The notes: a model not told the origin generated them from the sequence alone. Counted from the first letter of the stretch, positions 1 to 9,492 are shown. The stretch is DNA of 64,000 nt from a virus (IMGVR_UViG_3300010354_000070:6807-70806), one strand, 5' to 3'. Numbers and translations: made by a program.

Positions 1-210
1 AGCAAACAATTCTTTAAAATGTGTAATAAAATAACGTCCTTGCTTATGAAGAATGTGGCAAGATTGATAGATTTTTTTCTCTTTTCGTGAAGCAACTCCA
101 ATACGAGTTAGTGTTTCACGAACTTTTAGAAAATCATCAGGTTCATTTAACGTAACTTCAATCATCATATCAGGCGACCAGTTAATCTGTGGTTCACTTA
201 CCGTGCTCAT
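1..210 (-). CDS. regA: Translational repressor RegA (5' part, runs off the window)
   Basis: Manual translation from ATG 210: MSTVSEPQINWSPDMMIEVTLNEPDDFLKVRETLTRIGVASRKEKKIYQSCHILHKQGRYFITHFKELFA. GGAGG RBS; lies downstream of gp62 as in T4. Confidence 0.95.
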   Translation of the reverse strand, partial: MSTVSEPQINWSPDMMIEVTLNEPDDFLKVRETLTRIGVASRKEKKIYQSCHILHKQGRYFITHFKELFA

Positions 211-586
211 TTGTTCCTCCAACATCAAATTTAGATTTTATAAAATTAAGTTGTTCCTTTGTCAGAATTTTAAGAGCTTGTTTTGCCTTTTCATTACTAT
301 ATCCATAATATTTTTTGACATAATCAAGGTCTTTAATTTCATTCTTTTTAAGCCAAGGAGAATATCTTCTTTGCTTCCTCAAGGTATTTATAAAAAAATC
401 ATACTGCATTTTCTTTGGCAAAAAATGACACTGGTTCATTTCATTTGCAAACAAAATACAATCAATAAAAGATGATAAACAACGATTTATGATGTATGGA
501 GAATATTCTTTTTCTAATAATGGATCTTCATCAATTAGGTTATTTTTTGTAAAATTAATTGATTTTAACCAGTCCTTCAATTCCAT
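194..586 (-). CDS. gp62: Clamp loader small subunit
   Basis: LKDWLKSIN...YSPYIINRCLS...ANEMN...MQYDF...VKKYYGYSNEKA pattern; adjacent to regA. Confidence 0.93.
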   Translation of the reverse strand: MELKDWLKSINFTKNNLIDEDPLLEKEYSPYIINRCLSSFIDCILFANEMNQCHFLPKKMQYDFFINTLRKQRRYSPWLKKNEIKDLDYVKKYYGYSNEKAKQALKILTKEQLNFIKSKFDVGGTNEHGK

Positions 587-1409
587 AATTAAATAATAAA
601 AGTTCTTTACGTTTTTTCTGTTCTCTCATATATTCACCAACTGAACGCATTGTATATGTCAAATCAAACTCAGCAGCATTCCATTTAACAAATCTATCCT
701 TTACGAGTTGATCTGAATTGTAACTAATCAATTGATCCATATTGTTTGCATCACAATCAGCAGCAAACTTATCGTGATCAAATCCTTTATGCATTGATCC
801 CTTACGCCCATAGAGATTGTCCTTAATATCATAAGGAGGATCGAGATACATAAAAGCACCCATGTTTCCATTCATCAAATAATCATAAGAGTAATTAGTA
901 ATACGCCATTTTTCAATGATTTTAGAATATACTGGAAGTTTTTCAATTCCACGCATACTAAAATTGGCATTTGATGCCTGAGGTGAAAAAGAAGAACTTT
1001 CAGTCAAACCAGAAAAAGAGCACTTATTTACAATGTAAAAAGCTACAGCACGATCAATACTTGTTTGGTGAAGATCATTAATGGAAATTTTAGCATCATT
1101 AAAAAGAATTTTTGCTTTGTCTGGTGTATTGTGTTGGGATTTGAGAGTGGCAAGAATATTTGCCATATCTTCACCAAACATTTGAAGTTGTTGCCAAAAA
1201 TTCACCAAAGGTTCATAAAGGTCATTCACCCAAATATCTAAATTTGGATATTTTTTAGTAATATGAATTGATACAGAACCACCACCCAGAAATGGTTCTC
1301 TAAATTCATCATAGTTACGGAGGTCTGGGAAGTAAGAATCCATCTTGGTGCAAGCACGGGACTTACCGCCGGGGTAACGTAATGGACTTTTAAAAGATTT
1401 AAAATTCAT
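555..1409 (-). CDS. dam: DNA adenine methyltransferase (Dam/D12 class)
   Basis: SPLRYPGGKS, EPFLGGGSV (motif I) and YLDPPY (motif IV). Confidence 0.92.
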   Translation of the reverse strand: MNFKSFKSPLRYPGGKSRACTKMDSYFPDLRNYDEFREPFLGGGSVSIHITKKYPNLDIWVNDLYEPLVNFWQQLQMFGEDMANILATLKSQHNTPDKAKILFNDAKISINDLHQTSIDRAVAFYIVNKCSFSGLTESSSFSPQASNANFSMRGIEKLPVYSKIIEKWRITNYSYDYLMNGNMGAFMYLDPPYDIKDNLYGRKGSMHKGFDHDKFAADCDANNMDQLISYNSDQLVKDRFVKWNAAEFDLTYTMRSVGEYMREQKKRKELLLFNYGIEGLVKIN

Positions 1410-1605
1410 AATCAGGATGATGATACTTCAAATATTCCCTAAAGGTAAGTTTCATTTCTTTATGCGTCATACCACAATGAGCGGCAGCAGTTGGCAAGTT
1501 CATAGTAGCATGAAACAATCCTTCATTTGCCTCTTTTACATTCTCGGGAGTAGTTTTAACTGGAATTTCTTTGAGAGACTTAAAATCAATTGCCAATAAA
1601 CCCAT
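1399..1605 (-). CDS. Hypothetical protein (68 aa, possible helix-turn-helix-like segment)
   Basis: Likely start MGLLAIDFK at 1605, overlapping the upstream gene end; contains MNLPTAAAHCGMTHKEMKLTF. Confidence 0.6.
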   Translation of the reverse strand: MGLLAIDFKSLKEIPVKTTPENVKEANEGLFHATMNLPTAAAHCGMTHKEMKLTFREYLKYHHPDYEF

Positions 1606-1840
1606 TTGCACACCTAACAATAATTTCAGTATCCTTAGTTGCTTCTGCCATTTGACGATATCCAGTTCCAACGTAAATCTGACCACCAACTACGGCAACA
1701 GCACAAGCACCCCAAAAAATGTAATACCACTTGGACTTAACTTGATGTTGCTTTTTAAGTTCATCAAGTTCTTCATGAATATCTTGATGATGAAATCTCA
1801 AAGGTTTTTGTATGAGATCTTTCAATTTTTTGTTTTTCAT
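1586..1840 (-). CDS. Small hypothetical membrane protein
   Basis: Single hydrophobic stretch WYYIFWGACAVAVVGGQIYVG; packed in the operon. Confidence 0.6.
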   Translation of the reverse strand: MKNKKLKDLIQKPLRFHHQDIHEELDELKKQHQVKSKWYYIFWGACAVAVVGGQIYVGTGYRQMAEATKDTEIIVRCANGFIGN

Positions 1841-1846
1841 TTGAAT

Positions 1847-2221
1847 TTACATTCCTCCATCACGACGACCAGTTTTTGGATTAATCGGTGGTTTTCCTTT
1901 ATTGAGTTTATCATAAGGATTATATTTTTTGTCTGTTTTTCTTAAACGTGCATTCATACCAGTTGCTTTCCAATTATATCCATTAGCATATTTATTATCA
2001 GTAGGAAGTTTAATCACACCCTCTTTTATTTCAACTTCTTCGGATTTAAGAAAATTAAACCAAGAAACTTCATTTCCAACAAATTCATATGTATAAAACC
2101 TATTACCATCGCTGTGAAGTTTTACATTAGTAAGTTCATAAAATTCTTTAATTTCAGAACTAGTTACATATGATGCATCTGATGAATACTTGTGTTCGTA
2201 ATAGTATTTTTTCTTTTTCAT
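1847..2221 (-). CDS. Hypothetical protein
   Basis: 124 aa ORF with ATGA overlap to the gp44 stop; no recognised motif. Confidence 0.6.
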   Translation of the reverse strand: MKKKKYYYEHKYSSDASYVTSSEIKEFYELTNVKLHSDGNRFYTYEFVGNEVSWFNFLKSEEVEIKEGVIKLPTDNKYANGYNWKATGMNARLRKTDKKYNPYDKLNKGKPPINPKTGRRDGGM

Positions 2222-3162
2222 TTGAATTTACAGTCACACATTATTTCAGTTAAACAAGCGAGAAGATTAATCTCTTGATCCACACAAAATGCCGATTGAT
2301 ATTGATACTTAGCAATTATCAAAACAGCAGAAGCAATGCTAGGACCATCAAGACAATCATAAAGTGAGTCATAAATTTTTCGCATAACAATATTTACATC
2401 ATTATCCAAACTTGTAATAACCCATTTACGAACTTCTGGAAAGTTTTTTTCTTTCAGATTTTCGATTAAATTATTTATTTCTACATCTGTAAATGTCGCA
2501 AGAATACCAGAATCAATTTTCCCACTTGTTGAATACCTCTGGCATTCATTCAAAATTCTCCTCCAATCGGGAAAAAATTTTGTTATTAATTCGATGATTA
2601 CTTTTTGATCGTATTCAATTCTCTCTTGATTTAGGATTTCTTGTAGTCGTTTAAAAAACAACCCTGCCAATTTGGTTTTTTCTTGTTTTTTAATTGCAAA
2701 ATCGACCACAGCACACCTGGAGTGAAGTGGTTCAATAATTTTGTTTTTATAATTACAAGTAAAGATAAATCTACAGTTATTATAGAAGGTTTCAATGTTT
2801 GCCCTCAATAAGAGTTGAACATCGTTACCGGTGTTATCTGCCTCATCTATAATAATTACTTTATGTTTATCGTTTCCTTGTAAAGAAACAGTAGAGGCAA
2901 AGTTTTTTGCTTGATTCCGTACAGTGTCCAGAAAACGCCCTTCGTCGGACCCATTAATCACATAATAATCAACTCCCAGTTCCTCGCACAATGCCTTCGC
3001 AACCGTCGTCTTTCCCACTCCAGGGGGACCAGCAAGAAGAAGATTTGGAATTTCACCTTTTTCCAAAAACTCCAAGAATGTTTTCTTGATATTTTCTGGC
3101 AAAATGCAATCTTCAATTTTTTTTGGTCGCCACTTTTCAACGAACAAGAAATTATCACTCAT
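2218..3162 (-). CDS. gp44: Clamp loader large subunit (AAA+)
   Basis: EKWRP, Walker A GPPGVGKTT, Walker B IIDEAD, LHSRC motif. Confidence 0.97.
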   Translation of the reverse strand: MSDNFLFVEKWRPKKIEDCILPENIKKTFLEFLEKGEIPNLLLAGPPGVGKTTVAKALCEELGVDYYVINGSDEGRFLDTVRNQAKNFASTVSLQGNDKHKVIIIDEADNTGNDVQLLLRANIETFYNNCRFIFTCNYKNKIIEPLHSRCAVVDFAIKKQEKTKLAGLFFKRLQEILNQERIEYDQKVIIELITKFFPDWRRILNECQRYSTSGKIDSGILATFTDVEINNLIENLKEKNFPEVRKWVITSLDNDVNIVMRKIYDSLYDCLDGPSIASAVLIIAKYQYQSAFCVDQEINLLACLTEIMCDCKFK

Positions 3163-3168
3163 AATAAA

Positions 3169-3600
3169 TCAAAAACAAAATTTCCTAAGAACATATTCAA
3201 CTTTTTCTGGTTTATCCTCCATCCAAAATGCTTCATGTTCAACTTGATGAACCGAATTTCCGACTATTTTTTTTGCTGCTTCTATATCATCTTTCCTTCT
3301 TTGAGTTATTGGCATTTTACTTGGATGAATCCAAAAAGGTTCCGATCCTCGCATATTATATTTACAAGACTGGGCAATATGAGTTGCCTCATGAAATAAA
3401 GTTTCATTTATATAATAGTTGGGATCGGAACCTTTTTTAATCGTATCCGTACAAATTGTGATTGTTCTTTCATCATTATTATACCATCCGTAAATTTCAT
3501 GTTTTCTACAGATTGGTGCATTTTCAACAACACGCACTTTTTGAGATACCAAAGAGTAAATATCTTTGCCCGCTGGAGAAAGATAAAGAAGAAATTCCAT
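3169..3600 (-). CDS. Putative zinc metallopeptidase-like protein
   Basis: TLFHEATHIAQ (HExxH) plus downstream EHEAF glutamate. Confidence 0.6.
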   Translation of the reverse strand: MEFLLYLSPAGKDIYSLVSQKVRVVENAPICRKHEIYGWYNNDERTITICTDTIKKGSDPNYYINETLFHEATHIAQSCKYNMRGSEPFWIHPSKMPITQRRKDDIEAAKKIVGNSVHQVEHEAFWMEDKPEKVEYVLRKFCF

Positions 3601-4265
3601 TATTTAAAAGTAGAGTCAGGTTCAAGTGCAATCCAATAAGACAAATTATACTTCGTGTTCGTAAAGTGCGACAGAAGTTTTTTTGAAATTACAACATCAT
3701 AATTACCTGGAATAATTCTAATATTTTCAACCTTGAAATTAAGAATAAACTCCTCATCAGTTTCACCAACTACAATAGAGTATTCATTTGATGTATCATT
3801 CTTTTTGTCTCTTACTACAAGACGAACAACACCAGATCCACCAATCGCTGACATATCTGGTAGTTGATAAACAGATGCTGCCTTTACCAATTTTTCCAAA
3901 GAAGAACCTTCCAATTGAAAACAAATATCCTCAGATGGAAAAGTAATTTCTTTGTCTGGAGGAGAAACAATAACATTTGGATCCGCAAAGAAATACTTAA
4001 CTCTGCGTTTTCCTTCACGAATAGAAAGATAAGTTTCTTCAGCAAAATCAAGATCAGGGTCTTGGTGAAGACTTATGCCGTTTAGAAACTGATTTAAATC
4101 ATAAATCGCAAAGTCTCTTGGAAAGATTTCGGAAATTTGTGCTTCAGCAAGAATGTTCTTGGCAACTGAAATAGTCCTAAGTTTATTGCCTTTTTTGACA
4201 AGAATAGAATTATTAATTCCAGCAAAATTCTTGAGAATTGTAAGTGTATTGTCAGATAGTTTCAT
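3600..4265 (-). CDS. gp45: Sliding clamp
   Basis: MKLSDNTLTILKNFAGINNSI...FAIYDLNQFL...YWIALEPDS. Confidence 0.96.
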   Translation of the reverse strand: MKLSDNTLTILKNFAGINNSILVKKGNKLRTISVAKNILAEAQISEIFPRDFAIYDLNQFLNGISLHQDPDLDFAEETYLSIREGKRRVKYFFADPNVIVSPPDKEITFPSEDICFQLEGSSLEKLVKAASVYQLPDMSAIGGSGVVRLVVRDKKNDTSNEYSIVVGETDEEFILNFKVENIRIIPGNYDVVISKKLLSHFTNTKYNLSYWIALEPDSTFK

Positions 4266-4267
4266 AA

Positions 4268-4732
4268 TCAACGAAATTCGGAAAGACCATTGTTTTGACG
4301 ACTGTAATGCTTATCAAAGTGTAGAAGAAGCATCGCATAATGAATAACCTTTAGAAGGTCCCGTTTGTTGCGTCCATCCTTATCACCATAACGAGAACCG
4401 TATTTGAGAATATTTGCCTGACAGAAGGAAGGAGCAAGACCCTTTGCTGCCATCAAATCAATTGTTTGAATGTCTTTATAGTCCTGCTCGTTTCCGCAAT
4501 AGTGACTGCCATAAGTGCTGGTTACATAATTTTCAATATCTTTCAAGATTTTATCTTCGTTGTATTTCCAAAGATGATTTTTAGTTTCGTTCATTTTAGG
4601 ATTATTAATTAAAAATTCAAGGTCACTATGTCCCCATGGAGGCATACTTTCTTCGGGTATCTTTGTTAAGTCAATCATTCCACTATGTTTATTGGTAGAC
4701 ATGATATATTCAGTTGGTTTTTCATCATTCAT
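4268..4732 (-). CDS. Conserved phage hypothetical protein (DUF3310-like)
   Basis: KYNEDKIL...TYGSHY...NILKYGSRYGDKDG...DLLKVIHYA. Start moved to 4732 because a promoter lies at 4766-4794. Confidence 0.7.
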   Translation of the reverse strand: MNDEKPTEYIMSTNKHSGMIDLTKIPEESMPPWGHSDLEFLINNPKMNETKNHLWKYNEDKILKDIENYVTSTYGSHYCGNEQDYKDIQTIDLMAAKGLAPSFCQANILKYGSRYGDKDGRNKRDLLKVIHYAMLLLHFDKHYSRQNNGLSEFR

Positions 4733-4765
4733 AATTAAGAGAGGAAAGTAGTCATACCTTTCCTC

Positions 4766-4794
4766 ATTATAGCAACTCAGTGAAAATTCGTCAA
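4766..4794 (-). promoter_or_regulatory. sigma70-type promoter driving the gp45-gp44-dam-gp62-regA block
   Basis: TTGACG-N17-TATAAT with an extended TGn, overlapping the cobS stop codon. Confidence 0.8.
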
Positions 4795-5927
4795 TTGGTT
4801 GGATAAAGTTCGTGTCCTCCCTCAATAGTCAGTTCTGGTTTTTCGTTACCAGGCATTTGAAAGTTGGCATCAATCTTATCGTAAAGTTCCAGAAAAGCAG
4901 TTTTAGTTTCGTCATCAAACCTGTTAATACAAACTTGAATTGCCTTTGCCTTATCCCCGAAGATACTATAAGCACGGATAACATGAACCAGACGGCGGGT
5001 GCTGATAATTTCATCAATACCACCATCATAGAATGTCTTGCGGATCACGTCACCCCAATCAACCAACCGCTTACAGAAATCACGATCCTCTACACCAAGA
5101 TCCAAAGCAATACCCTCAAGAATACGCTGCTCCACAGAAGGAGCAGGGTATGATTGCTCAAATGTCACTGGAAAACGCTCAAGAAATGCCTCATTCAAAA
5201 TATTGGTTCCAATAAAGCGACCATCATCAGAACCCTTACCTTTAGTGTTAGCAGTGGCAATCACATTAAAACCAGAAGTAGGTTTAACATAACGTCCAAT
5301 TTTTTTGAGAAATACCCCCTTACCTTCCAAGACCGATTGAAGACACAAAATCTTATTTGAAGCAAGGTCAATCTCATCCAGAAGAAGAATAGCACCACGC
5401 TCCAATGCTTCCACTACTGGACCATTATGCCATGCGGTTTCTCCATTTACAAGACGGAAACCACCGATCAAATCATCCTCATCAGTTTCAATTGTAATAT
5501 TGACACGAATTAGTTCCCTGCCAAGTTGAGCACATGCTTGCTCCACCGAGAACGTTTTACCATTACCCGAAAGACCCGTGATAAACGTAGGATAAAAAAG
5601 ACGGGACTGAATAATCTTTTTAATATCAGCAAAGTTACCAAACTTGACGAAGGTATCATCTTTATCAGGAATGAAATTTTGTTGAACTTCAGGAAGAATA
5701 GATACGGACTGATAATTTCGTTCAATCTCTTGAACTTTTTCTTGCGTCACTTCAAGGTTCCACTTGCCACGATTAGTTTTATAATTTTCAAGACGACGAG
5801 TTACTGTTTGATAATTAAGGTCCTTTGAAACACAAAATCCACGAATGTCAGCGGCAGTAATTTCTGTTCCAAAATTTTCTTTCAGACCATTAACAATCTG
5901 TTCGTCGGTCATTTTCACACGAGGCAT
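4791..5927 (-). CDS. cobS: CobS-like / MoxR-family AAA+ ATPase
   Basis: GLSGNGKT Walker A, LLLDEID Walker B, ATANTKGKG, NEAFLERF. Confidence 0.9.
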   Translation of the reverse strand: MPRVKMTDEQIVNGLKENFGTEITAADIRGFCVSKDLNYQTVTRRLENYKTNRGKWNLEVTQEKVQEIERNYQSVSILPEVQQNFIPDKDDTFVKFGNFADIKKIIQSRLFYPTFITGLSGNGKTFSVEQACAQLGRELIRVNITIETDEDDLIGGFRLVNGETAWHNGPVVEALERGAILLLDEIDLASNKILCLQSVLEGKGVFLKKIGRYVKPTSGFNVIATANTKGKGSDDGRFIGTNILNEAFLERFPVTFEQSYPAPSVEQRILEGIALDLGVEDRDFCKRLVDWGDVIRKTFYDGGIDEIISTRRLVHVIRAYSIFGDKAKAIQVCINRFDDETKTAFLELYDKIDANFQMPGNEKPELTIEGGHELYPTN

Positions 5928-5953
5928 GATGTCATTTGTTTTGAACTGAAGTA

Positions 5954-6010
5954 ATTATAACAGCAAAAAGGGGCGGTTGAATGCCCCCTTGTGTCACTTT
6001 GCCAACTGGC
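5954..6010 (-). promoter_or_regulatory. Promoter with upstream palindrome and an internal terminator-like hairpin
   Basis: GCCAGTT-N4-AAGTGAC, then hairpin GGGGC/GCCCC followed by T5, then TGnTATAAT (5954-5959). Confidence 0.7.
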
Positions 6011-6185
6011 TTTTTCTTGTTTCTAATTTTTGTTTTGAAACTATTTTCAAGTTATAACTGGGATAAAAAAAGTTCATTAAATCGTAAAGTCCTATGGAAG
6101 TAATCCCATTACTATATTTTACCCATACTTCATTAGTATCATAATTGACAATATGTTCGTATGGAAATTTATCAGGTAGTTTCAT
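5994..6185 (-). CDS. Hypothetical protein
   Basis: 63 aa ORF, translationally coupled to the upstream small ORF. Confidence 0.6.
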   Translation of the reverse strand: MKLPDKFPYEHIVNYDTNEVWVKYSNGITSIGLYDLMNFFYPSYNLKIVSKQKLETRKSQLAK

Positions 6186-6331
6186 TTTAATTCATAATCT
6201 GGATACTTTTCCCTAACCTTATCTCTAAAACGTGCGTTAAATGTAGGTGGATTTAGTTCTCGTTTTTGAGTAATAACTTTATTAATATGGTCTATATTTA
6301 AAAGTTTATCAATTCTATCAGTTTTTTTCAT
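6182..6331 (-). CDS. Small hypothetical protein (49 aa, not in ORF track)
   Basis: MKKTDRIDKLLNIDHINKVITQKRELNPPTFNARFRDKVREKYPDYELK; ATGA overlap with the next gene; CTAAATA late-type motif at 6394-6400. Confidence 0.5.
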   Translation of the reverse strand: MKKTDRIDKLLNIDHINKVITQKRELNPPTFNARFRDKVREKYPDYELK

Positions 6332-6400
6332 TTGATTTTAACTTAAATTGTAATTTTTTTATTTCCAACTACATTTGTATAAACTTTTTTAGGTATTTAG

Positions 6401-8575
6401 TTAGGCAACAAGTTCAATAAACTCTCCCAAGATTTTCTTATTCATTTTTTTAGAACTCAAACTCCTCGCAAAAGCAGATTTAATCTGAGTTTTGGATGCG
6501 TCTTCGGCAACAGAAAATACTGTGCTTGCGTTAAGAGCATTAGAAGAAAGACCAAAGTAACTATGATAACCAGAGGTTTTGATTGAAAAACTCTTTTGTT
6601 TTTTCCAAGTTTCCATAATCTTCCTGTGCTCCTCTGCATTACTAACCTGAGAGCGAAGAAAATTACTCACATCTCCTGACTTAAGAATACGCATACCAAT
6701 AAAATTTACATCTGAGAAATTATCACGAAGATTGCGAATAAGAAGATTAGTAAAATCACAGTATTCGTAATCTTGTAGCCTATAAACATTTCCAGTTTTT
6801 CTATCCCTCAAAAATGTATTGCTTGGATTGACAGTATTCAGACCAGTATAAGGTTTATCTGGATTACGATAAGGTTTAATCAAAACGTGTCTTTTTAGTG
6901 GTGCTGCTTCACCATCTGTCAGAATTACACACTGAACTTTTTGTAATTTATTTTCGCTTTTGAATTGTGGAATAATTTGATGAAGAGTTACCAAAGTTTC
7001 ATTCAGTGGAGTTCCAGAAAGTGTCATCTTACGAGGAACATAATATTCTGTTCCATAAGAATTTCGGTGTGTTTTAGCAATCCTATAAATGTTAATCATT
7101 TGCTTCTCAAGTTCTTTTGAACTTACTTTACTCGTGAAAATATTCATCAAAGAAAAAGTACAATCAACCTCAAGAAGACCCTCTTTTGCTTCATAATATG
7201 AAATTGGAGTAAAAGTTCCTGGCAGATACTGACAACCCCAATCATTAGTAAAAGCATAAACTTCAAATGGAATTGAAACTTTCTTACAGAACCAAATCAG
7301 ATTATAAAGTTGCTTGATAGTATCAAGAAAAACTTCACCCATTGAACCAGACCAATCAAGAATAAAAATTAGTCCGTGATTTTTTCCATCCGCAAGAGTG
7401 GTTACTTTCTTAAAGATATCATCATTATACTTATAAGTATGAAGAATAGACGTATTTAAAATTCCTGTTTTTGAAATTGATGCCCGAGCATAACTGTCTG
7501 CTGCTTTGCGGCATTCAAATTCTTTTACAAGATAATTGACTTCTTTTTGAGAAGAACGCTTGAACTTTTGATAATCTTTATCTACTTCATCAAATAATTC
7601 TGGATATTGACGATACTCAATTTGGTCCTGCCAACTCTGATTACAGTGGTCGTGAATTTCTTTATTTGATACGATTACCTTTTCCAAATCAACTTTAGGA
7701 AGTTCAACATAAGTATTCTCAACTCCAGATGAATTCTTAGCCAAATCACGAATAGAGTTTTCTAAACTCTCCATAGTTTTGGCAATTGGTTCTCCACCTT
7801 TTGTTCCCGCATTTGAAGTGTCGGCATCATTGATTTGATTATTTTCACTTTCAGAAGGACTTTGTTTCAGTGAAGGTTTGCTATTACCTTCAGTCTCACT
7901 GGTCTCACTGTCTTCATTTACATCATTATCACCTTCTTCCGATGATGTGTCGGAATCAGAATCATCAGATGAACCACCACCATTTTCCTCATGAGAATTA
8001 ATGGAAGAAATCTTGGTTTGTTCGTCCTGTTTTTGCTTACAATACTTATAAAGTTCTTCTGCGGCAACTAAAACATCATCAAACGTTTCGGTTTCGGCAA
8101 TCATATCAACAATATGCTGCTCTTCAGCATTAAAATTCAATCTCAGAAAATTACCAATCTTGAAAAAAAGATTTACCCTATCAGCAAGATTATAAGTATC
8201 AAGATTGTCATCTTTAATAGAAAAGAAATCCTGGTCGTTGAGTTCTTTATATCCATTATAAAAAGTTTTTGCGAGACCAGCATACCGACGCTTCATTAGT
8301 TTTTCTACACGAGCATCTTCACAGATATTTACAAAACTCGGTGGAATGTTGTAGTCTTTGGACCAGTCAATATTGGGCGTTTCACGAGAATGTCCCACTT
8401 CATGTGCTACAAGAAGTGAATAGATATTATCACTTGCTTTTTCCCAAAGTGGCAGCGTCAGACAGCGGGTATGAACGTTGAAGCAGGCGGTTTCGACTTT
8501 ACGATGTTCCACAATAATGTCTTCTGTTGCCAAAAGACGGGCAAGCATACCCTTAATTTCAAGATTGACGGTCAT
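6401..8575 (-). CDS. CobT-like VWA-domain protein with N-terminal HExxH domain (partner of the CobS/MoxR ATPase)
   Basis: AHEVGH, NICEDARVE, acidic linker, MIDAS motif LDWSGSM...GTPL...LTDGE. Confidence 0.85.
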   Translation of the reverse strand: MTVNLEIKGMLARLLATEDIIVEHRKVETACFNVHTRCLTLPLWEKASDNIYSLLVAHEVGHSRETPNIDWSKDYNIPPSFVNICEDARVEKLMKRRYAGLAKTFYNGYKELNDQDFFSIKDDNLDTYNLADRVNLFFKIGNFLRLNFNAEEQHIVDMIAETETFDDVLVAAEELYKYCKQKQDEQTKISSINSHEENGGGSSDDSDSDTSSEEGDNDVNEDSETSETEGNSKPSLKQSPSESENNQINDADTSNAGTKGGEPIAKTMESLENSIRDLAKNSSGVENTYVELPKVDLEKVIVSNKEIHDHCNQSWQDQIEYRQYPELFDEVDKDYQKFKRSSQKEVNYLVKEFECRKAADSYARASISKTGILNTSILHTYKYNDDIFKKVTTLADGKNHGLIFILDWSGSMGEVFLDTIKQLYNLIWFCKKVSIPFEVYAFTNDWGCQYLPGTFTPISYYEAKEGLLEVDCTFSLMNIFTSKVSSKELEKQMINIYRIAKTHRNSYGTEYYVPRKMTLSGTPLNETLVTLHQIIPQFKSENKLQKVQCVILTDGEAAPLKRHVLIKPYRNPDKPYTGLNTVNPSNTFLRDRKTGNVYRLQDYEYCDFTNLLIRNLRDNFSDVNFIGMRILKSGDVSNFLRSQVSNAEEHRKIMETWKKQKSFSIKTSGYHSYFGLSSNALNASTVFSVAEDASKTQIKSAFARSLSSKKMNKKILGEFIELVA

Positions 8576-8601
8576 CTGGCGATTTGGTTGCGAATGACGT
8601 T

Positions 8602-8657
8602 ATTATACAAAAAAAGAGGGTGGTGAGACCCTCTTGTGTGCCAGTTTGATAAGTGGT
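8602..8657 (-). promoter_or_regulatory. Promoter with upstream palindrome and overlapping terminator hairpin
   Basis: CCACTT-N4-AACTGGCACAC, hairpin AAGAGGGT/ACCCTCTT plus T-run, TATAAT at 8602-8607. Confidence 0.7.
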
Positions 8658-8659
8658 TT

Positions 8660-9466
8660 TCAATCTTTTTTAGGCATTCTAGCACCACTCTTGTGACGTT
8701 CCTGTCCTCCCTCATCAGTATAAGTTTCTTTTTCTCTTCTTGGAGAAACATAACCTACACCAGGAACGTTTCCAGTCTGACCCCTATCTCTAGCAGCATT
8801 TCTCTCAGCTGCTCTTTGTGCCGCTCTCTTACGATTTCTATCGTATGAACTCATTGCTTCAACAATATCTTGCTTCCACTCCTCACTCATATGAGACATA
8901 ATATTAATTGCTGCTTTATTTGTATCAGCGTAACCTTCGGCAACTAGGTATTCTAATAGGTAGTTAAAGAGGTTTGTTTCTTTAATAACTTTCTTTACTT
9001 TTTTAGGTTTTGTAGTCTTAGGATTATGAACTCTGGCGGGTCCAGCATGTGGCATCAATCTTGGACTTGGTTCAAGTTGAATTCTTTGTGGTGCTTCCTC
9101 ATCAAGGTTCATATACATTTCATACATATCATCCCAAGTATAATCACTTAAATCATAACCTTCTTCCACAAGAGAATTCACCCAAGTTTCAACTTCTTCT
9201 TTTAGTCCTTTTCTTTTTCTTCTTCTAGCAACAGCGGACCTCATTCTTGCTTCTTCATCAGCAGCCTTCTCTGCTGCTCTCATTGCTTCAGGATTACGAT
9301 GCTTATATGCTCTATCTGCAGCAGCACCAGTAGCATCAATACGTGCGTTTAAAGCATTACTTACAGTTCTATCAGAAAGTTCATCAAGTTGCTCTACTTC
9401 TTCATTCACATTAGAGTAAATGGACTGATAGGCTTCATAAAGACCTACAATTTCTTGATCTCTCAT
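8660..9466 (-). CDS. Late hypothetical protein, modular and charged; probable virion-internal protein
   Basis: TATAAATA at 9490-9497; modules LVEEGYD and LVAEGYAD; spacers ending LDE, LKE, IKE and IVE. Confidence 0.7.
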   Translation of the reverse strand: MRDQEIVGLYEAYQSIYSNVNEEVEQLDELSDRTVSNALNARIDATGAAADRAYKHRNPEAMRAAEKAADEEARMRSAVARRRKRKGLKEEVETWVNSLVEEGYDLSDYTWDDMYEMYMNLDEEAPQRIQLEPSPRLMPHAGPARVHNPKTTKPKKVKKVIKETNLFNYLLEYLVAEGYADTNKAAINIMSHMSEEWKQDIVEAMSSYDRNRKRAAQRAAERNAARDRGQTGNVPGVGYVSPRREKETYTDEGGQERHKSGARMPKKD

Positions 9467-9492
9467 TTTTTCTAAAAATACTTTTTAAGTAT

